A DNA stretch of 64,000 nt, taken from positions 1,088,001 through 1,152,000 of the forward strand of contig OZ253580.1 of assembly GCA_965263035.1 (NCBI GenBank), given 5' to 3'. This DNA is from Acidobacteriota bacterium (GTDB taxonomy: Bacteria > Acidobacteriota > UBA6911 > RPQK01 > JAJDTT01). The position numbers were made by a program, and so were the translations under genes. The notes below the pieces were generated by a model. That model saw only the letters and a program-made list of their open reading frames with translations, made no database searches and was not told the DNA's origin. Below are positions 51,398 to 61,459 of the stretch, piece by piece; positions within the stretch are counted from its first letter, which is position 1; every line of letters starts with the position of its first letter.

Positions 51398-52129
51398 ATG
51401 AACGAATCCAGCCCGTTGCCGCCGGACGTCCTGGAGATGCTACGGCAATATGACACCCCGACCATCTGCAACGTGATCGAGCTCTTCGACGTCCGTCCCA
51501 GGACCTCCGGCTACATGGACCAGAGAATCAAGGCCCACTTCCCCGAGATGCCCCCCATGGTGGGCTATGCGTCCACCGCCACCTATCGTTCCTCGGCGCC
51601 GCCTCAGGGAGCGGACGTCTACGACGCCATGCAGAAACAGCTCTCCGTTCTACGAGAGTGCTCCGGACCTCATGTCATCGTGTTTCAGGACCTGGACGAT
51701 CCGTCGACGGCGGCCACATTCGGCGAAGTGATGTGCACCTCCTACCAGACCTTCGGCGCCGTCGGTCTCATCACCAGCGGGACGGGCCGCGACCTCGACC
51801 AGGTCCGGGAAATCGGATTTCCCGTCTTCAGCAGCGGCACCAACTGCTCCCACGGCTATTGCCACACCCTGGACGTGGACATCCCGGTGCACGTCGGTGG
51901 GCTCACCGTGCGCGCCGGTGACCTGCTCCACGGCGACGCCAACGGCGTGACCAACATCCCACCGGAAATCGCGGCCGCGGTGGCCCGGCTCTGCCCGGAA
52001 TTCGCCGCTGCCGAGGAAGTGGTGCTGGAGTGCCTGCGCACGCACGGACCCGATTTGCCCAGGCTCCAGCAAGCCCGGAAGGAATGCCGCCGCCGCATCG
52101 CCGAACTCGCAAAACGGGCCACCGGCTGA
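51398..52129 (+). CDS. RraA/HMG-aldolase family protein
   Basis: DTPT.CN, A..GEVM, G.GRD, GDLLHGD.NGV motifs. Confidence 0.88.
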   Translation: MNESSPLPPDVLEMLRQYDTPTICNVIELFDVRPRTSGYMDQRIKAHFPEMPPMVGYASTATYRSSAPPQGADVYDAMQKQLSVLRECSGPHVIVFQDLDDPSTAATFGEVMCTSYQTFGAVGLITSGTGRDLDQVREIGFPVFSSGTNCSHGYCHTLDVDIPVHVGGLTVRAGDLLHGDANGVTNIPPEIAAAVARLCPEFAAAEEVVLECLRTHGPDLPRLQQARKECRRRIAELAKRATG

Positions 52130-52136
52130 GAACGCT

Positions 52137-53006
52137 TCACAACCGGACCAGGGCCTCCGCCAGTCCACGTACCAGAAGCTCCATGGACCGATAGTCCAGG
52201 GTTTCCGGCCGGTCCGTGGAACGGTGGTAGTGTCGATTCCGGAAGAAGGCCGTGTCGGTCACCATCAGGGCCGGGTAACCCTCCTGCCAAAAGGACCAGT
52301 TGTCCGAGAGGTCGACGCCGGGAACGAAGGGGAGGGCGATGTGCTCCACCGGCAGCTTCCCGTGGACCGAGAGCAGACGGGACAGTCTCCGGACCAGACG
52401 CCGGGACGGGTAATTTCCGGCCACGGCGATGAAGTTTCCCCGGTCGGGATAGAACCAGCGCATCAGGGAAATGGGGTGACCCTGAGACCTGCGGGCGCTG
52501 CTGTAGTAGCCCACCATCTCCAGCGAGATCATTCCCCGAATCGAATCTTCCCGCTGCCGGCAGCGTCGGGCGTATACCCGGCTCCCCATGGTATCGGTCT
52601 TGAAATGGGGAGACTCCTCCAAGGTGAACGCCACCCAACGGATCGACGCGGCGGCCGGTTCCTCCACCAGGATCCGTGCCAGTTCAATGAGAACCGCCAC
52701 ACCGCTGGCGTTGTCGTCGGCACCTGGAGAACCCAATGCCGTGTCGTAATGGGCGCCCACCACCAGAACGGGAGCACCGGAGTCGGCGCCGGGAAGAGTG
52801 GCGACGAGGTTGCGATACTCCTTTCCGCCGCATTCGTACAGATCGTGCCCGATCCAGTATCCGGACTGAGTGAAGACTTCTTCGATGTATTCCCTGGCCC
52901 GCTCCAGACGGCGGTAGCGGCGCGAATTTCTCTCCCCCACGACTCCGGCCAGGAACTGGACGTGCCCTCTCAACCTGAATTGAAGCTCACCGGTCAAATC
53001 CGGCAT
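52137..53006 (-). CDS. M28 family peptidase
   Basis: GAHYD, PGADDNASG, EE, SD..SF, YH...D motifs. Confidence 0.9.
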   Translation of the reverse strand: MPDLTGELQFRLRGHVQFLAGVVGERNSRRYRRLERAREYIEEVFTQSGYWIGHDLYECGGKEYRNLVATLPGADSGAPVLVVGAHYDTALGSPGADDNASGVAVLIELARILVEEPAAASIRWVAFTLEESPHFKTDTMGSRVYARRCRQREDSIRGMISLEMVGYYSSARRSQGHPISLMRWFYPDRGNFIAVAGNYPSRRLVRRLSRLLSVHGKLPVEHIALPFVPGVDLSDNWSFWQEGYPALMVTDTAFFRNRHYHRSTDRPETLDYRSMELLVRGLAEALVRL

Positions 53007-53095
53007 ACAGGATCCATTATAGAGAACCTGGTCCCGGCGGCTTGCCATCGGCGGTGCCGGGAGGTCAAAATGTCGTCGACTGCACGGAAATCGAC

Positions 53096-54415
53096 ATGAA
53101 AGATTCACAAGAATCCCGTCCCGTCCGACTCATCATATTGAATCCAGGCCACTTCCACGCGACGCTGGTGATGAAGACCTCCTACTCCCAGGTGTCGCCG
53201 GAAGTGCACGTCTTTGCTCCCGATGGACCGGAGGTCCAGGACCATGTCCATAGAGTCGAGGGTTTCAACCGGCGGGAGCAGGACCCGACCACCTGGCGGC
53301 AGGAGATCTGCAAGGGGCCCGATTACCTGGAACGCATGTTGAGGCGCCGGCCCGGCAACGTAGTGGTGGTGGCGGGAAACAATCGGCGAAAGACGCAGTA
53401 CATCCACGAGAGCATCCGATCGGGGCTCAACGTCCTCTCGGACAAACCCATGTGCGTCAGTCATGAGGCCTGGAAGGTTCTGGAGAGGGCTTTCTCGACG
53501 GCAGAAGAGAAAGGACTCCTGATCTACGACATCATGACCGAGCGCTTCGAGATCACGACGATCCTGCAGCGGGAGTTGGCCCGCTGTCCACACGTCATCG
53601 GCGCACCCGTCGGTGGAGACTCCCGAGATCCGGGATTCGTCAAGGAGAGCGTTCACCATCTCTACAAGGAGGTCGCCGGCCAGACCCTGATCCGCCCTGA
53701 GTGGTATTTCGACATCGATCAGCAGGGCGAAGGGATCGTGGACGTCTCCACCCATCTGGTCGACTTGGTGATGTGGCAGGGATTCCCCGGAGAGGCGGTC
53801 GATCGCTCGCGAATCCAGGTCCTGGCGGCCCGCCATTGGCCCACGGTCCTGAGCCGGGAGCAGTACGGCCAGATCACGGGCAAGGACGATTTCCCTCCCT
53901 ACCTGCGGAAGAAACTGGACCGGGATGGCTGCCTGCCCTATTTCTGCAACGGAGAGATCCTCTTCCGGGTGGACGACCTCCACGCCAGGATCTGGGTGGC
54001 CTGGGATTTCGAGGCGCCCAGTGGAGGCGGCGACACCCACTTCTCGGTGATTCGAGGGACCCAGGCTAATCTCCGCATCCTTCAGGGGGAGGAACAGAGG
54101 TTTCGGCCCGAGTTGTCGGTTCAGCCCGCCGCGGGGGCCGACGCCGGAACGCTGGAGAATGGACTGCGGCGTTTCATCGAGGAAATCTCCGATCGATATC
54201 CCGGCTTGGCCCTGGAGAGATTGGAGTCGGGCTGGCAGGTGTCGATTCCCGACCGCTACCGTGTCGGGCACGAGGCCCACTTCGGAGAAGTGACGAGCAA
54301 GTACCTCGGTTTCCTGGAGTCGGGGTCCATGCCCCAATGGGAGATCACCAACATGATCTCCAAGTACTACGTCACCACCCGAGCGCTGGAGATGGCCCGG
54401 GCGGGCGCATCCTGA
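53096..54415 (+). CDS. Gfo/Idh/MocA-like putative oxidoreductase
   Basis: PGHFHA, DKPM, DIMTER, GHEAHF motifs. Confidence 0.75.
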   Translation: MKDSQESRPVRLIILNPGHFHATLVMKTSYSQVSPEVHVFAPDGPEVQDHVHRVEGFNRREQDPTTWRQEICKGPDYLERMLRRRPGNVVVVAGNNRRKTQYIHESIRSGLNVLSDKPMCVSHEAWKVLERAFSTAEEKGLLIYDIMTERFEITTILQRELARCPHVIGAPVGGDSRDPGFVKESVHHLYKEVAGQTLIRPEWYFDIDQQGEGIVDVSTHLVDLVMWQGFPGEAVDRSRIQVLAARHWPTVLSREQYGQITGKDDFPPYLRKKLDRDGCLPYFCNGEILFRVDDLHARIWVAWDFEAPSGGGDTHFSVIRGTQANLRILQGEEQRFRPELSVQPAAGADAGTLENGLRRFIEEISDRYPGLALERLESGWQVSIPDRYRVGHEAHFGEVTSKYLGFLESGSMPQWEITNMISKYYVTTRALEMARAGAS

Positions 54416-54457
54416 AGACGGATCCTGCCGGACGGAGCAACCACGAGGAACGCCCGG

Positions 54458-56212
54458 CTACCCCCTGCGGTGGGTAGCGATCAGGTAGACCGCCGCCGTC
54501 CAGACGGCCAGCGCCACGAAGACGCCTGCATTGGCCAAGCCACGTTCGGCCGACCAGAGGATCGAATATCCCAGGGCTCCCGGCAGAAGAGCGTAGTAGG
54601 CAAAGGGAATCAGCGTCTTGCGCAACACCAGGCCTTCGCGGCCCACCAGCCCCACGACGGCCGAGGCCGCCACCACGTTGTGGACGCAGATCATGTTGCC
54701 GGCGGCCCCACCTACGGCCTGAAGCGCCACCACCCACGTGGGATCGACGCCGATCCTCTCCCCCACCCCGAACTGGAACAGGGAGAACATCATGTTGCTC
54801 ACCGTGTTGCTGCCGGCCACGAACGCTCCCAAGCCCCCGATGAGGGGTGAGAAGAACGGCCATGCGGAGCCGGCCACGGCGGCCACTCCGTCCGCCAGAA
54901 CGATGGGCATCTTCTCGAAGCCCGAATCCCCTCCCCCGCTGTGGATGAAGACCTGGACCATGGGCACCGTGAAGACCAGCGCGGCGGACGCCGTCAACAT
55001 GGTCCGGGCCGACTTGCTCCAGGCCGACCGGAAGCGCGGCCACTCCATGGAATGGAGAAAGAAGGTCACGCAGCAGACCAGGATGAAGATGGTTCCCGGG
55101 AGATAGAGTGGACGCACCGATGCCGTGATATCGGTCCCGAAAAGGTCGGGAAGGGTGATGGTCCAGGAATTGGCCCACGCCAGTAACGGCAGCTCCCGCA
55201 GACGAGTCAGGACCAGAAGAAACCCCACCAACAGGTATGGGAGCCATGACCGCAGTGCACCCAGGTCCGTGCGGGCGCCGCCGGAGCCTCCGACCCGGAC
55301 CGTGCCGGACCACTCCGACGGCCACCGCGCCCGGTCGTCGAACTCCCAGCACTCCTCCCGGGCGGGCATGAGAAAACCCCTCTTGGCGGCCCCGCCCACG
55401 ACGGCCAGTCCGGCCAGTCCTCCGAACATGGAGGGGAATTCGGGCCCCAACAACCATGCCACCAGCAGGTAGGGAAGCGTCATGGCGAAGGCGGCGAAAA
55501 GCGCGAACCGCCAGACCTGAAGGCCCTCCCGGTAGGAACGATTCCGGCCGAAGAATCGTGTCAGGAGCGCCAGCACGAAGAGCGGAACCAGGGCGCCCGT
55601 CACCGTGTGGAGCAAGGCGACCTTGGTCCCGATCATGATCAGGAATTCCGACCAGTCCGAATAGCCGGCCCGGGTGGCGAAGGCGACGACTGCGGGGTCC
55701 GCAGAGAGCCCCGTGCTCACGCCCACCAGGATGGGGGTCCCCACGGCTCCGAACGAAACCGGAGTGCTCTGAATGATCATTCCGGACATCACGGCGCCCA
55801 GGGCCGGAAACCCGAGGGCGACCAGGAGCGGCACGGCCACCGCCGCCGGCGTCCCGAAACCGGCCGCCCCTTCGATGAAAGAGCCGAAGAGCCAGGCGAT
55901 GATGATGACCTGGATCCGGCGGTCCGGGGTGATCTCGGTAAAGATGCGGCGAATGGTTCCCAAAGCCCCACTTTGTTCCAGGGTGTTCAGGAGCAGGATG
56001 GCCCCGAACACGATGTAGAGCAGGGAGAGGGCAACCACCAGCCCGTTCACCGAGGCGGCCGCCACCTGAGCCGGCGGGACCCTCCAGACCAGGAGAGCCA
56101 GTCCCGCCGCGGTGACGTAAGAGATGGGCATGGCCCGGCTGGCGGGCCAACGGAGGCCGACCAGGAAGAAACCGACGACGGCAATGGGGAGCAGGGACAG
56201 CAGAGCAAGCAC
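54458..56212 (-). CDS. lctP: L-lactate/glycolate permease
   Basis: [32 protein letters not shown] motifs. Confidence 0.9.
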   Translation of the reverse strand: MLALLSLLPIAVVGFFLVGLRWPASRAMPISYVTAAGLALLVWRVPPAQVAAASVNGLVVALSLLYIVFGAILLLNTLEQSGALGTIRRIFTEITPDRRIQVIIIAWLFGSFIEGAAGFGTPAAVAVPLLVALGFPALGAVMSGMIIQSTPVSFGAVGTPILVGVSTGLSADPAVVAFATRAGYSDWSEFLIMIGTKVALLHTVTGALVPLFVLALLTRFFGRNRSYREGLQVWRFALFAAFAMTLPYLLVAWLLGPEFPSMFGGLAGLAVVGGAAKRGFLMPAREECWEFDDRARWPSEWSGTVRVGGSGGARTDLGALRSWLPYLLVGFLLVLTRLRELPLLAWANSWTITLPDLFGTDITASVRPLYLPGTIFILVCCVTFFLHSMEWPRFRSAWSKSARTMLTASAALVFTVPMVQVFIHSGGGDSGFEKMPIVLADGVAAVAGSAWPFFSPLIGGLGAFVAGSNTVSNMMFSLFQFGVGERIGVDPTWVVALQAVGGAAGNMICVHNVVAASAVVGLVGREGLVLRKTLIPFAYYALLPGALGYSILWSAERGLANAGVFVALAVWTAAVYLIATHRRG

Positions 56213-56264
56213 GATCTAACGCATCCGATGCACCAAGGGCCGCTGGCCCCGGGAGGTGTAGGGA

Positions 56265-57935
56265 CTAGAAAGCATCCTCACCGGCGGCAATCCGGGCCAG
56301 ATCGCCGCGCGTGTAGGAGCCCAGACTTCTGAAGTCCAGTTCCGTATAGTTTCTGACCCACTGCAGGGCAATCTTGTGGGAGTCCCGATAGCGCTTGGCG
56401 GCGCCGGATCCGGAGGTTGCCGCGCTCAACTCCAGGATACTCTCCAACTCCTCCCCCAGCAGCCGCTTGACCAGAGCAAAATCGTGCTTGCGATCGGTCC
56501 GGGCATCCCGGGCTTCGTGGATCACCCTCTGCGCAATCTGGGCCACCGAGATCCGGGCCGTGGCCAGGTCCTCCATCAGGGCCGGGCGCTTACCCGGCTG
56601 CCCCGCCAGACTGTCGATCCCCTTGGCGCCCCGTCCATTGAGCCAACCCTCCACGTACTCCAGCAACATGCGCGCATTCCGGCGGGTTCCAGCCTCGGTA
56701 ACGATACCCTCCGGGACGGCGATCTCGATGGGGTAGTTCTCGGGCCGGGCCATCTCCGCGGACGGCTTCCAGCCCGAGCTCCTCAGGTCCCGAAAGGGAT
56801 CTGCCGCCGTCTTCATATGGAAGATATGCGCTACCCATCCCCGCAGAAAACCCTGGTCGGCCTCCCACTGCTTGTCCGCCCGAATCGCTTCGCCCGCCAC
56901 CTGGTTCACCTCGGCGTCGCGGCTCGGCAGCGCCGTGGCCATGCCACCGATGGGAACCGCGCCGCGCTTGAGGCAGACGGCCACCAAACGGCGAAATATC
57001 CGTGTGAGAAAGTCGGTGGTCTTGATGTCCACGTCGAAACGATCGGGCCAGACCGAAGCCGGGTCAGCCATCACGTACTCCAGGATGCTGGCCTTGAAAT
57101 CCCATCGAGCTGCGTTGAGACCGGCCGCGTACTCCCCCAGGGCGTACAGGATCTCTTCCATCTGGAACGCGGCCGGAACCGACTCCACCAGGGCGATGGC
57201 CCGGATGGTGGCGTTCCGGAGCCCCGGCAGAGATTCCTGACTTGCGGCGAAGAAGTCCCTCCAGAAACCGGCTTCTTCGGCAGACTCCATCTTGGGGAGG
57301 TAGAAGTAGATCCCCTGACCCCGCCGGGCCTGCGCCTGACCGGCATGAAAAAGAGTCAGCGCCGTTCCCAGGATGCTGGCGGAAATGGGAGCCCCATCCA
57401 CCAGGACTTCCGGCTCGTCCAGGTGAAGCCCCCGTTCCCGATGCATGAAGAAGGGGAGGTCCCCTTCCGCAAGCTCGTACTTCTTTCCCTTGGCGGCGTT
57501 GTAGTAGGTCAGGGTGCGCTCCACAGCACCCTTCCGGTTGGCTGCCGCCTGCAGGGTGTCCACCAGACGATGGCCGGCCGAGTCCTCGTCGTCGTCCAGA
57601 TCGCCTTGGGCCCGGAAGCCCCCCGGACCCGGATTCAGGGCGTTGATGAACATCCCGGTGACGGAGGCAGGACCCGAGATCTCGATCCCCGGCTCGTACA
57701 GATCCTCGGGCACCTCGGGAACGCTCCAATCGCCGGTGTTGGCATCGCTCGGAGGCAGATGGGCCGGTCCGGCGCCGTCCTGGAGCGCTCGCTTCAACAC
57801 CTGTGCCCGCTTCTCGCGGAGCTCATGGATGCGGCCGGCGAACTGATCGTGGAGGACCAGCAGATAGTTCTGAAATTCGGGACTCATCAACTCGTTTGCG
57901 CCTGGAATCGGAGCACATTGAATACGACTGCTCAT
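56265..57935 (-). CDS. Malate synthase-like protein (divergent MSA type)
   Basis: D.EDS, RGLH, YFYLPKMES, RWD, GGM, MED.AT motifs. Confidence 0.8.
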   Translation of the reverse strand: MSSRIQCAPIPGANELMSPEFQNYLLVLHDQFAGRIHELREKRAQVLKRALQDGAGPAHLPPSDANTGDWSVPEVPEDLYEPGIEISGPASVTGMFINALNPGPGGFRAQGDLDDDEDSAGHRLVDTLQAAANRKGAVERTLTYYNAAKGKKYELAEGDLPFFMHRERGLHLDEPEVLVDGAPISASILGTALTLFHAGQAQARRGQGIYFYLPKMESAEEAGFWRDFFAASQESLPGLRNATIRAIALVESVPAAFQMEEILYALGEYAAGLNAARWDFKASILEYVMADPASVWPDRFDVDIKTTDFLTRIFRRLVAVCLKRGAVPIGGMATALPSRDAEVNQVAGEAIRADKQWEADQGFLRGWVAHIFHMKTAADPFRDLRSSGWKPSAEMARPENYPIEIAVPEGIVTEAGTRRNARMLLEYVEGWLNGRGAKGIDSLAGQPGKRPALMEDLATARISVAQIAQRVIHEARDARTDRKHDFALVKRLLGEELESILELSAATSGSGAAKRYRDSHKIALQWVRNYTELDFRSLGSYTRGDLARIAAGEDAF

Positions 57936-58831
57936 TCTCTCCCCTCCTCCTGTATGCAACCTCGAGCGACCGGTCTGGGACGAGGCTTCCGGGGCTGGCA
58001 ACATGCACAGAAATGGCTGCCTCGCTGGCTGATGACCGTCTTCTGGATGATTGAACCGCATTGAGTGCACGGTTGGCCGTCGCGCCCGTACACTTTAAGC
58101 AAAGATTGATACTCTCCCAGGTCACCGTTGCTCCTCCGATAGTCTTGGAGGGTCGTCCCGCCATGGAGCACGGCTCTTTCCAGAACCCGCCGGATCGATT
58201 CGAAGAGCTTCACCTTTTCCCAGCGGCGGATGTACCGGACTCGTCTGGCCGGGTGCACGCCGGCTTCGAAGAGGGCCTCGTCGGCATAGATGTTTCCGAC
58301 CCCGGCAACTACCTTCTGATCCAGCAGCAACGACTTGATCCGAGCCTTCCTCTTGGCCAATTTTCCCAGAAAGTCCTCCAGGAGATAGTCGCTGCCCAAG
58401 GGCTCCGGACCCAGGGAACCAAGCCGGGACCCCAGGCCGTCGCCCTCCTTGGAGAGCAGCATGACCCGGCCGAACTTCCTGACGTCCCGGAACGCCAGCG
58501 TCCGGCCCCGGGACATTCGGGCCACGAGGACGATGTGGGCGTCCCCGCCACTGAATCTCGATCCGTTGTTCTCCACGGGTTCGTCCTGGATCGTGAGCTG
58601 TCCGGTCATTCCCAGGTGAATGATCCAGTACCAGCGGTCCAACTCGAAAATGAGGTACTTGGCCCGGCGGGATACGGCGTGGATGGTCTGTCCCGCGACG
58701 GCCGCCTCCAGGGTGGCCGGATCCAATTGGAAGACCCGCGATGGAAACGTGCTCAGCGATCTGATGACCCGGCCCCGGAGCCGGGGCTCCAGTTCCCGGC
58801 GCAAGGTTTCGACTTCGGGAAGCTCAGGCAA
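57932..58831 (-). CDS. mutM: Formamidopyrimidine-DNA glycosylase
   Basis: TTG start giving PELPEVET; HLGMTG, GVGNIYADE motifs; C-terminal zinc finger. Confidence 0.93.
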   Translation of the reverse strand: MPELPEVETLRRELEPRLRGRVIRSLSTFPSRVFQLDPATLEAAVAGQTIHAVSRRAKYLIFELDRWYWIIHLGMTGQLTIQDEPVENNGSRFSGGDAHIVLVARMSRGRTLAFRDVRKFGRVMLLSKEGDGLGSRLGSLGPEPLGSDYLLEDFLGKLAKRKARIKSLLLDQKVVAGVGNIYADEALFEAGVHPARRVRYIRRWEKVKLFESIRRVLERAVLHGGTTLQDYRRSNGDLGEYQSLLKVYGRDGQPCTQCGSIIQKTVISQRGSHFCACCQPRKPRPRPVARGCIQEEGRE

Positions 58832-59098
58832 GCTTCCGCTCCCGGAGGAACACTGCCTCACACCCTTCATGAAAATCCCAAAGAGGGGAGTCCTGGCCCA
58901 CGATCCAACCCACGGCGGACCTCATAATAGCGGATGACCAGCCTCACGGGGAGATAGCGCCCATCTTTCCGGGCGCACCGTACACCTTGTGGTTGCCCTT
59001 CCTTACGGCCAGCGCAGAATCCGGCACCGTTCAAACTCCGCGACGGCTTCCTACAAGGGCTGATAAACTATCCGGAACGGATGGAAAGGAGTGCCCGC

Positions 59099-59449
59099 AT
59101 GCCTTTTTTGGATCTGGCCCGAATCGAAGCCCGGGAAATCTTCCCCGGGATCAGAATCAGGGCGCCCCATGGCGAGAATCTCATGCTCTCGATCGTGGAC
59201 TTCGAACCCGATGCGCATGTCCCCCTCCATAGTCATCCTCATGAGCAGGGCGGCGTGTTGCTGGAGGGTCGGATGGAACTGCAGATCGGCTCCGAAACGA
59301 GAATCCTGGAGCCCGGAGACTACTACATCATTCCTCCGGACACCCCTCATCGGGCCGCAGCCGTGGGAGGCCCCGCACGAGCCCTGGACGTGTTCAGTCC
59401 CATCCGGCAGGACTACGCCGCCTTGTGGACCAACGGAGCAACCGAATGA
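59099..59449 (+). CDS. Cupin-domain protein
   Basis: H.HPHEQ...IP...PH...DVF.P motifs. Confidence 0.88.
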   Translation: MPFLDLARIEAREIFPGIRIRAPHGENLMLSIVDFEPDAHVPLHSHPHEQGGVLLEGRMELQIGSETRILEPGDYYIIPPDTPHRAAAVGGPARALDVFSPIRQDYAALWTNGATE

Positions 59450-60744
59450 GACCTTCCCGAAACGTGCACCTGATCGGGGGCGCACACAGCGGCTTCATCG
59501 GAAAATTTCATCCCGACTTCATCTGGAAGGGCCATCCGGATTACGGCCGGCGAGTCAACCCGTCGTTGGAAGCGCATCTGAAGAAGGCCGTCATCGGCGC
59601 CCTGAAAGACACCGGTGTCTCGGACCACCAGATCCAGCGGGGCTACGTGGGGAACTTCACCGGCGAGCTCTTCTCCAAACAGGGACATCTCGGGTCCCTC
59701 CTGGCCGGCGTCCGGCCGGGATTCAGGAACAAGGCTTTCTCCAGGGTCGAGGGAGCCTGCGCTTCGGGCGGTCTGGCGCTGATCGCCGGAATCGACGCCA
59801 TTTCCGCAGGCTGCGACTTCGTCCTGGTGGCGGGAGTCGAAGTACAGACCACGGTCAGCGCCAAGGAGGGCGCCGACTATCTGGCTCGGGCCGCCCACTA
59901 TGAAACCCAGCGGGCTTGCGATCCCTTCACCTTCCCCTGTCTTTTCGCCCGCCGCTCCAAGGCCTACCGGCAGGCCTACGGGCTAGCGGAAGAAGACCTG
60001 GCTCGGGTCGTCGTCAAGGCCTATTCCAACGCCAACCGGAACCCCAACGCCCACATGCAGGCCGTCCGGTTGACGCTGGAGGAGGCTTCGACGCCTTCCG
60101 ACCGGAACCCCCAGTTTCTCAGTCATCCCGATTTCCGCGACTACCTGAAGGTAAGCGACTGCTCTCAGGTCTCGGATGGGGCCTCGGCCCTGGTCCTGGT
60201 TTCGGACCGGGGTCTGGAGAGGTTGGGCAAGTCCCCCGTCCGGGACGCCGTTCAGATCCTCTCCTACGGTCACGCCACCGCTCCCCTGGACGAAATCCCG
60301 GATCCCCTGACTTTGTCCACGGCCGCGAGAGCCGCCCAGGAAGCCTATGAGGACGGACAGGTCGGACCCGCGCAGATCGGCGTGGCCGAGGTCCACGACT
60401 GCTTCAGCGTCACCGAGTTGCTCCTATACGAGGCTCTGGGATTCTGCCGTCCTGGCAAAGCGCCGGAGCTGGTCCGGAAGGGGACCACGGAGATCGAAGG
60501 AGATCTGCCGGTGAACACGGGAGGCGGCCTCATGGGCTTCGGCCATCCGGTGGGCGCCACCGGCGTCAAGCAGGCCCTGGAGATCTTCAAGCAACTCAAG
60601 GGCCGGTGCGGCGATTACCAGATCGCCCGTCGTCCCGAGTTCGGCTTGGCGGCGAATCTGGGGGGAGACGACCGGACCGGAGTGGTGACCATCTACGGGA
60701 ATCGACAGCCGGGGAACGGGACATCCGGCGAAGCCCATACTTGA
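59446..60744 (+). CDS. SCP2-type thiolase
   Basis: EGACASG, CSQVSDG, HDCF, GHPVGATG motifs. Confidence 0.9.
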   Translation: MRPSRNVHLIGGAHSGFIGKFHPDFIWKGHPDYGRRVNPSLEAHLKKAVIGALKDTGVSDHQIQRGYVGNFTGELFSKQGHLGSLLAGVRPGFRNKAFSRVEGACASGGLALIAGIDAISAGCDFVLVAGVEVQTTVSAKEGADYLARAAHYETQRACDPFTFPCLFARRSKAYRQAYGLAEEDLARVVVKAYSNANRNPNAHMQAVRLTLEEASTPSDRNPQFLSHPDFRDYLKVSDCSQVSDGASALVLVSDRGLERLGKSPVRDAVQILSYGHATAPLDEIPDPLTLSTAARAAQEAYEDGQVGPAQIGVAEVHDCFSVTELLLYEALGFCRPGKAPELVRKGTTEIEGDLPVNTGGGLMGFGHPVGATGVKQALEIFKQLKGRCGDYQIARRPEFGLAANLGGDDRTGVVTIYGNRQPGNGTSGEAHT

Positions 60745-60760
60745 CCGGAAATCGCCGGAT

Positions 60761-61459
60761 TCACGCCGAACCGAGGGGGCTCCGCTTCAGGACGTAATCG
60801 ATGGCCTCTTGCGGGACCTCGTATTCGGTGAGGTACTGGTTGCCCTTGTAACCCACGTCCTCAAATCCGATGGGACTGGTGTAGAACGCATCCACGATCA
60901 GGCGCCGCGCCCACACGAAGAAGTGGACACCAGGCCCAAGGCGCCGATCGGTGCGAGCCGTGTAATCCCTGAAGCCCGCATACTCGGCGCCGGCTCGAGA
61001 GCCCTTCAGGGGCTCTTCCGATCCGTCGGCAGCGGCGGCCAGATCATCCAGCAGCCGGGTCTGCGCCTCCTCGGAGGCATCCTTGAAGCGGCTGGCCTGG
61101 CGGCGGCCCATCTCGCGGTCGAGCCAGAAGATTCCGGAAATGAAGATCCGAGCCAATTCCTCGTTCTGGTTGGAGAGCACGTCGATGAATTCCGGAGCCC
61201 CGGCATCCAGGGCGCTGCCGGAATGATCGTCGGCCGGAATGATCAACTCGCTCAACCGCTGCAGCGTCTCGTACTCTCCGGCATTGAAGCATTGCGGCGT
61301 GTAGTCTCCGGTCCTTTGCTTCTCCTGAGACACGGTCTTGTGGACATGTTGACCCGCCTTCAGATCCAGCACGCCGGCTGACGTCACCGCCAGGGCAATC
61401 CGCTTGAGCAGGGCGCGGCGGGACACTTCGCTCCGCTTGCGGCCGCCCGGATCAGACAT
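60761..61459 (-). CDS. Gluconate 2-dehydrogenase subunit 3 family protein (Tat signal)
   Basis: SRRALL, IIP.D...A..AG..EFID, FYTS..G...GY.GN motifs; follows the GMC gene. Confidence 0.85.
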   Translation of the reverse strand: MSDPGGRKRSEVSRRALLKRIALAVTSAGVLDLKAGQHVHKTVSQEKQRTGDYTPQCFNAGEYETLQRLSELIIPADDHSGSALDAGAPEFIDVLSNQNEELARIFISGIFWLDREMGRRQASRFKDASEEAQTRLLDDLAAAADGSEEPLKGSRAGAEYAGFRDYTARTDRRLGPGVHFFVWARRLIVDAFYTSPIGFEDVGYKGNQYLTEYEVPQEAIDYVLKRSPLGSA

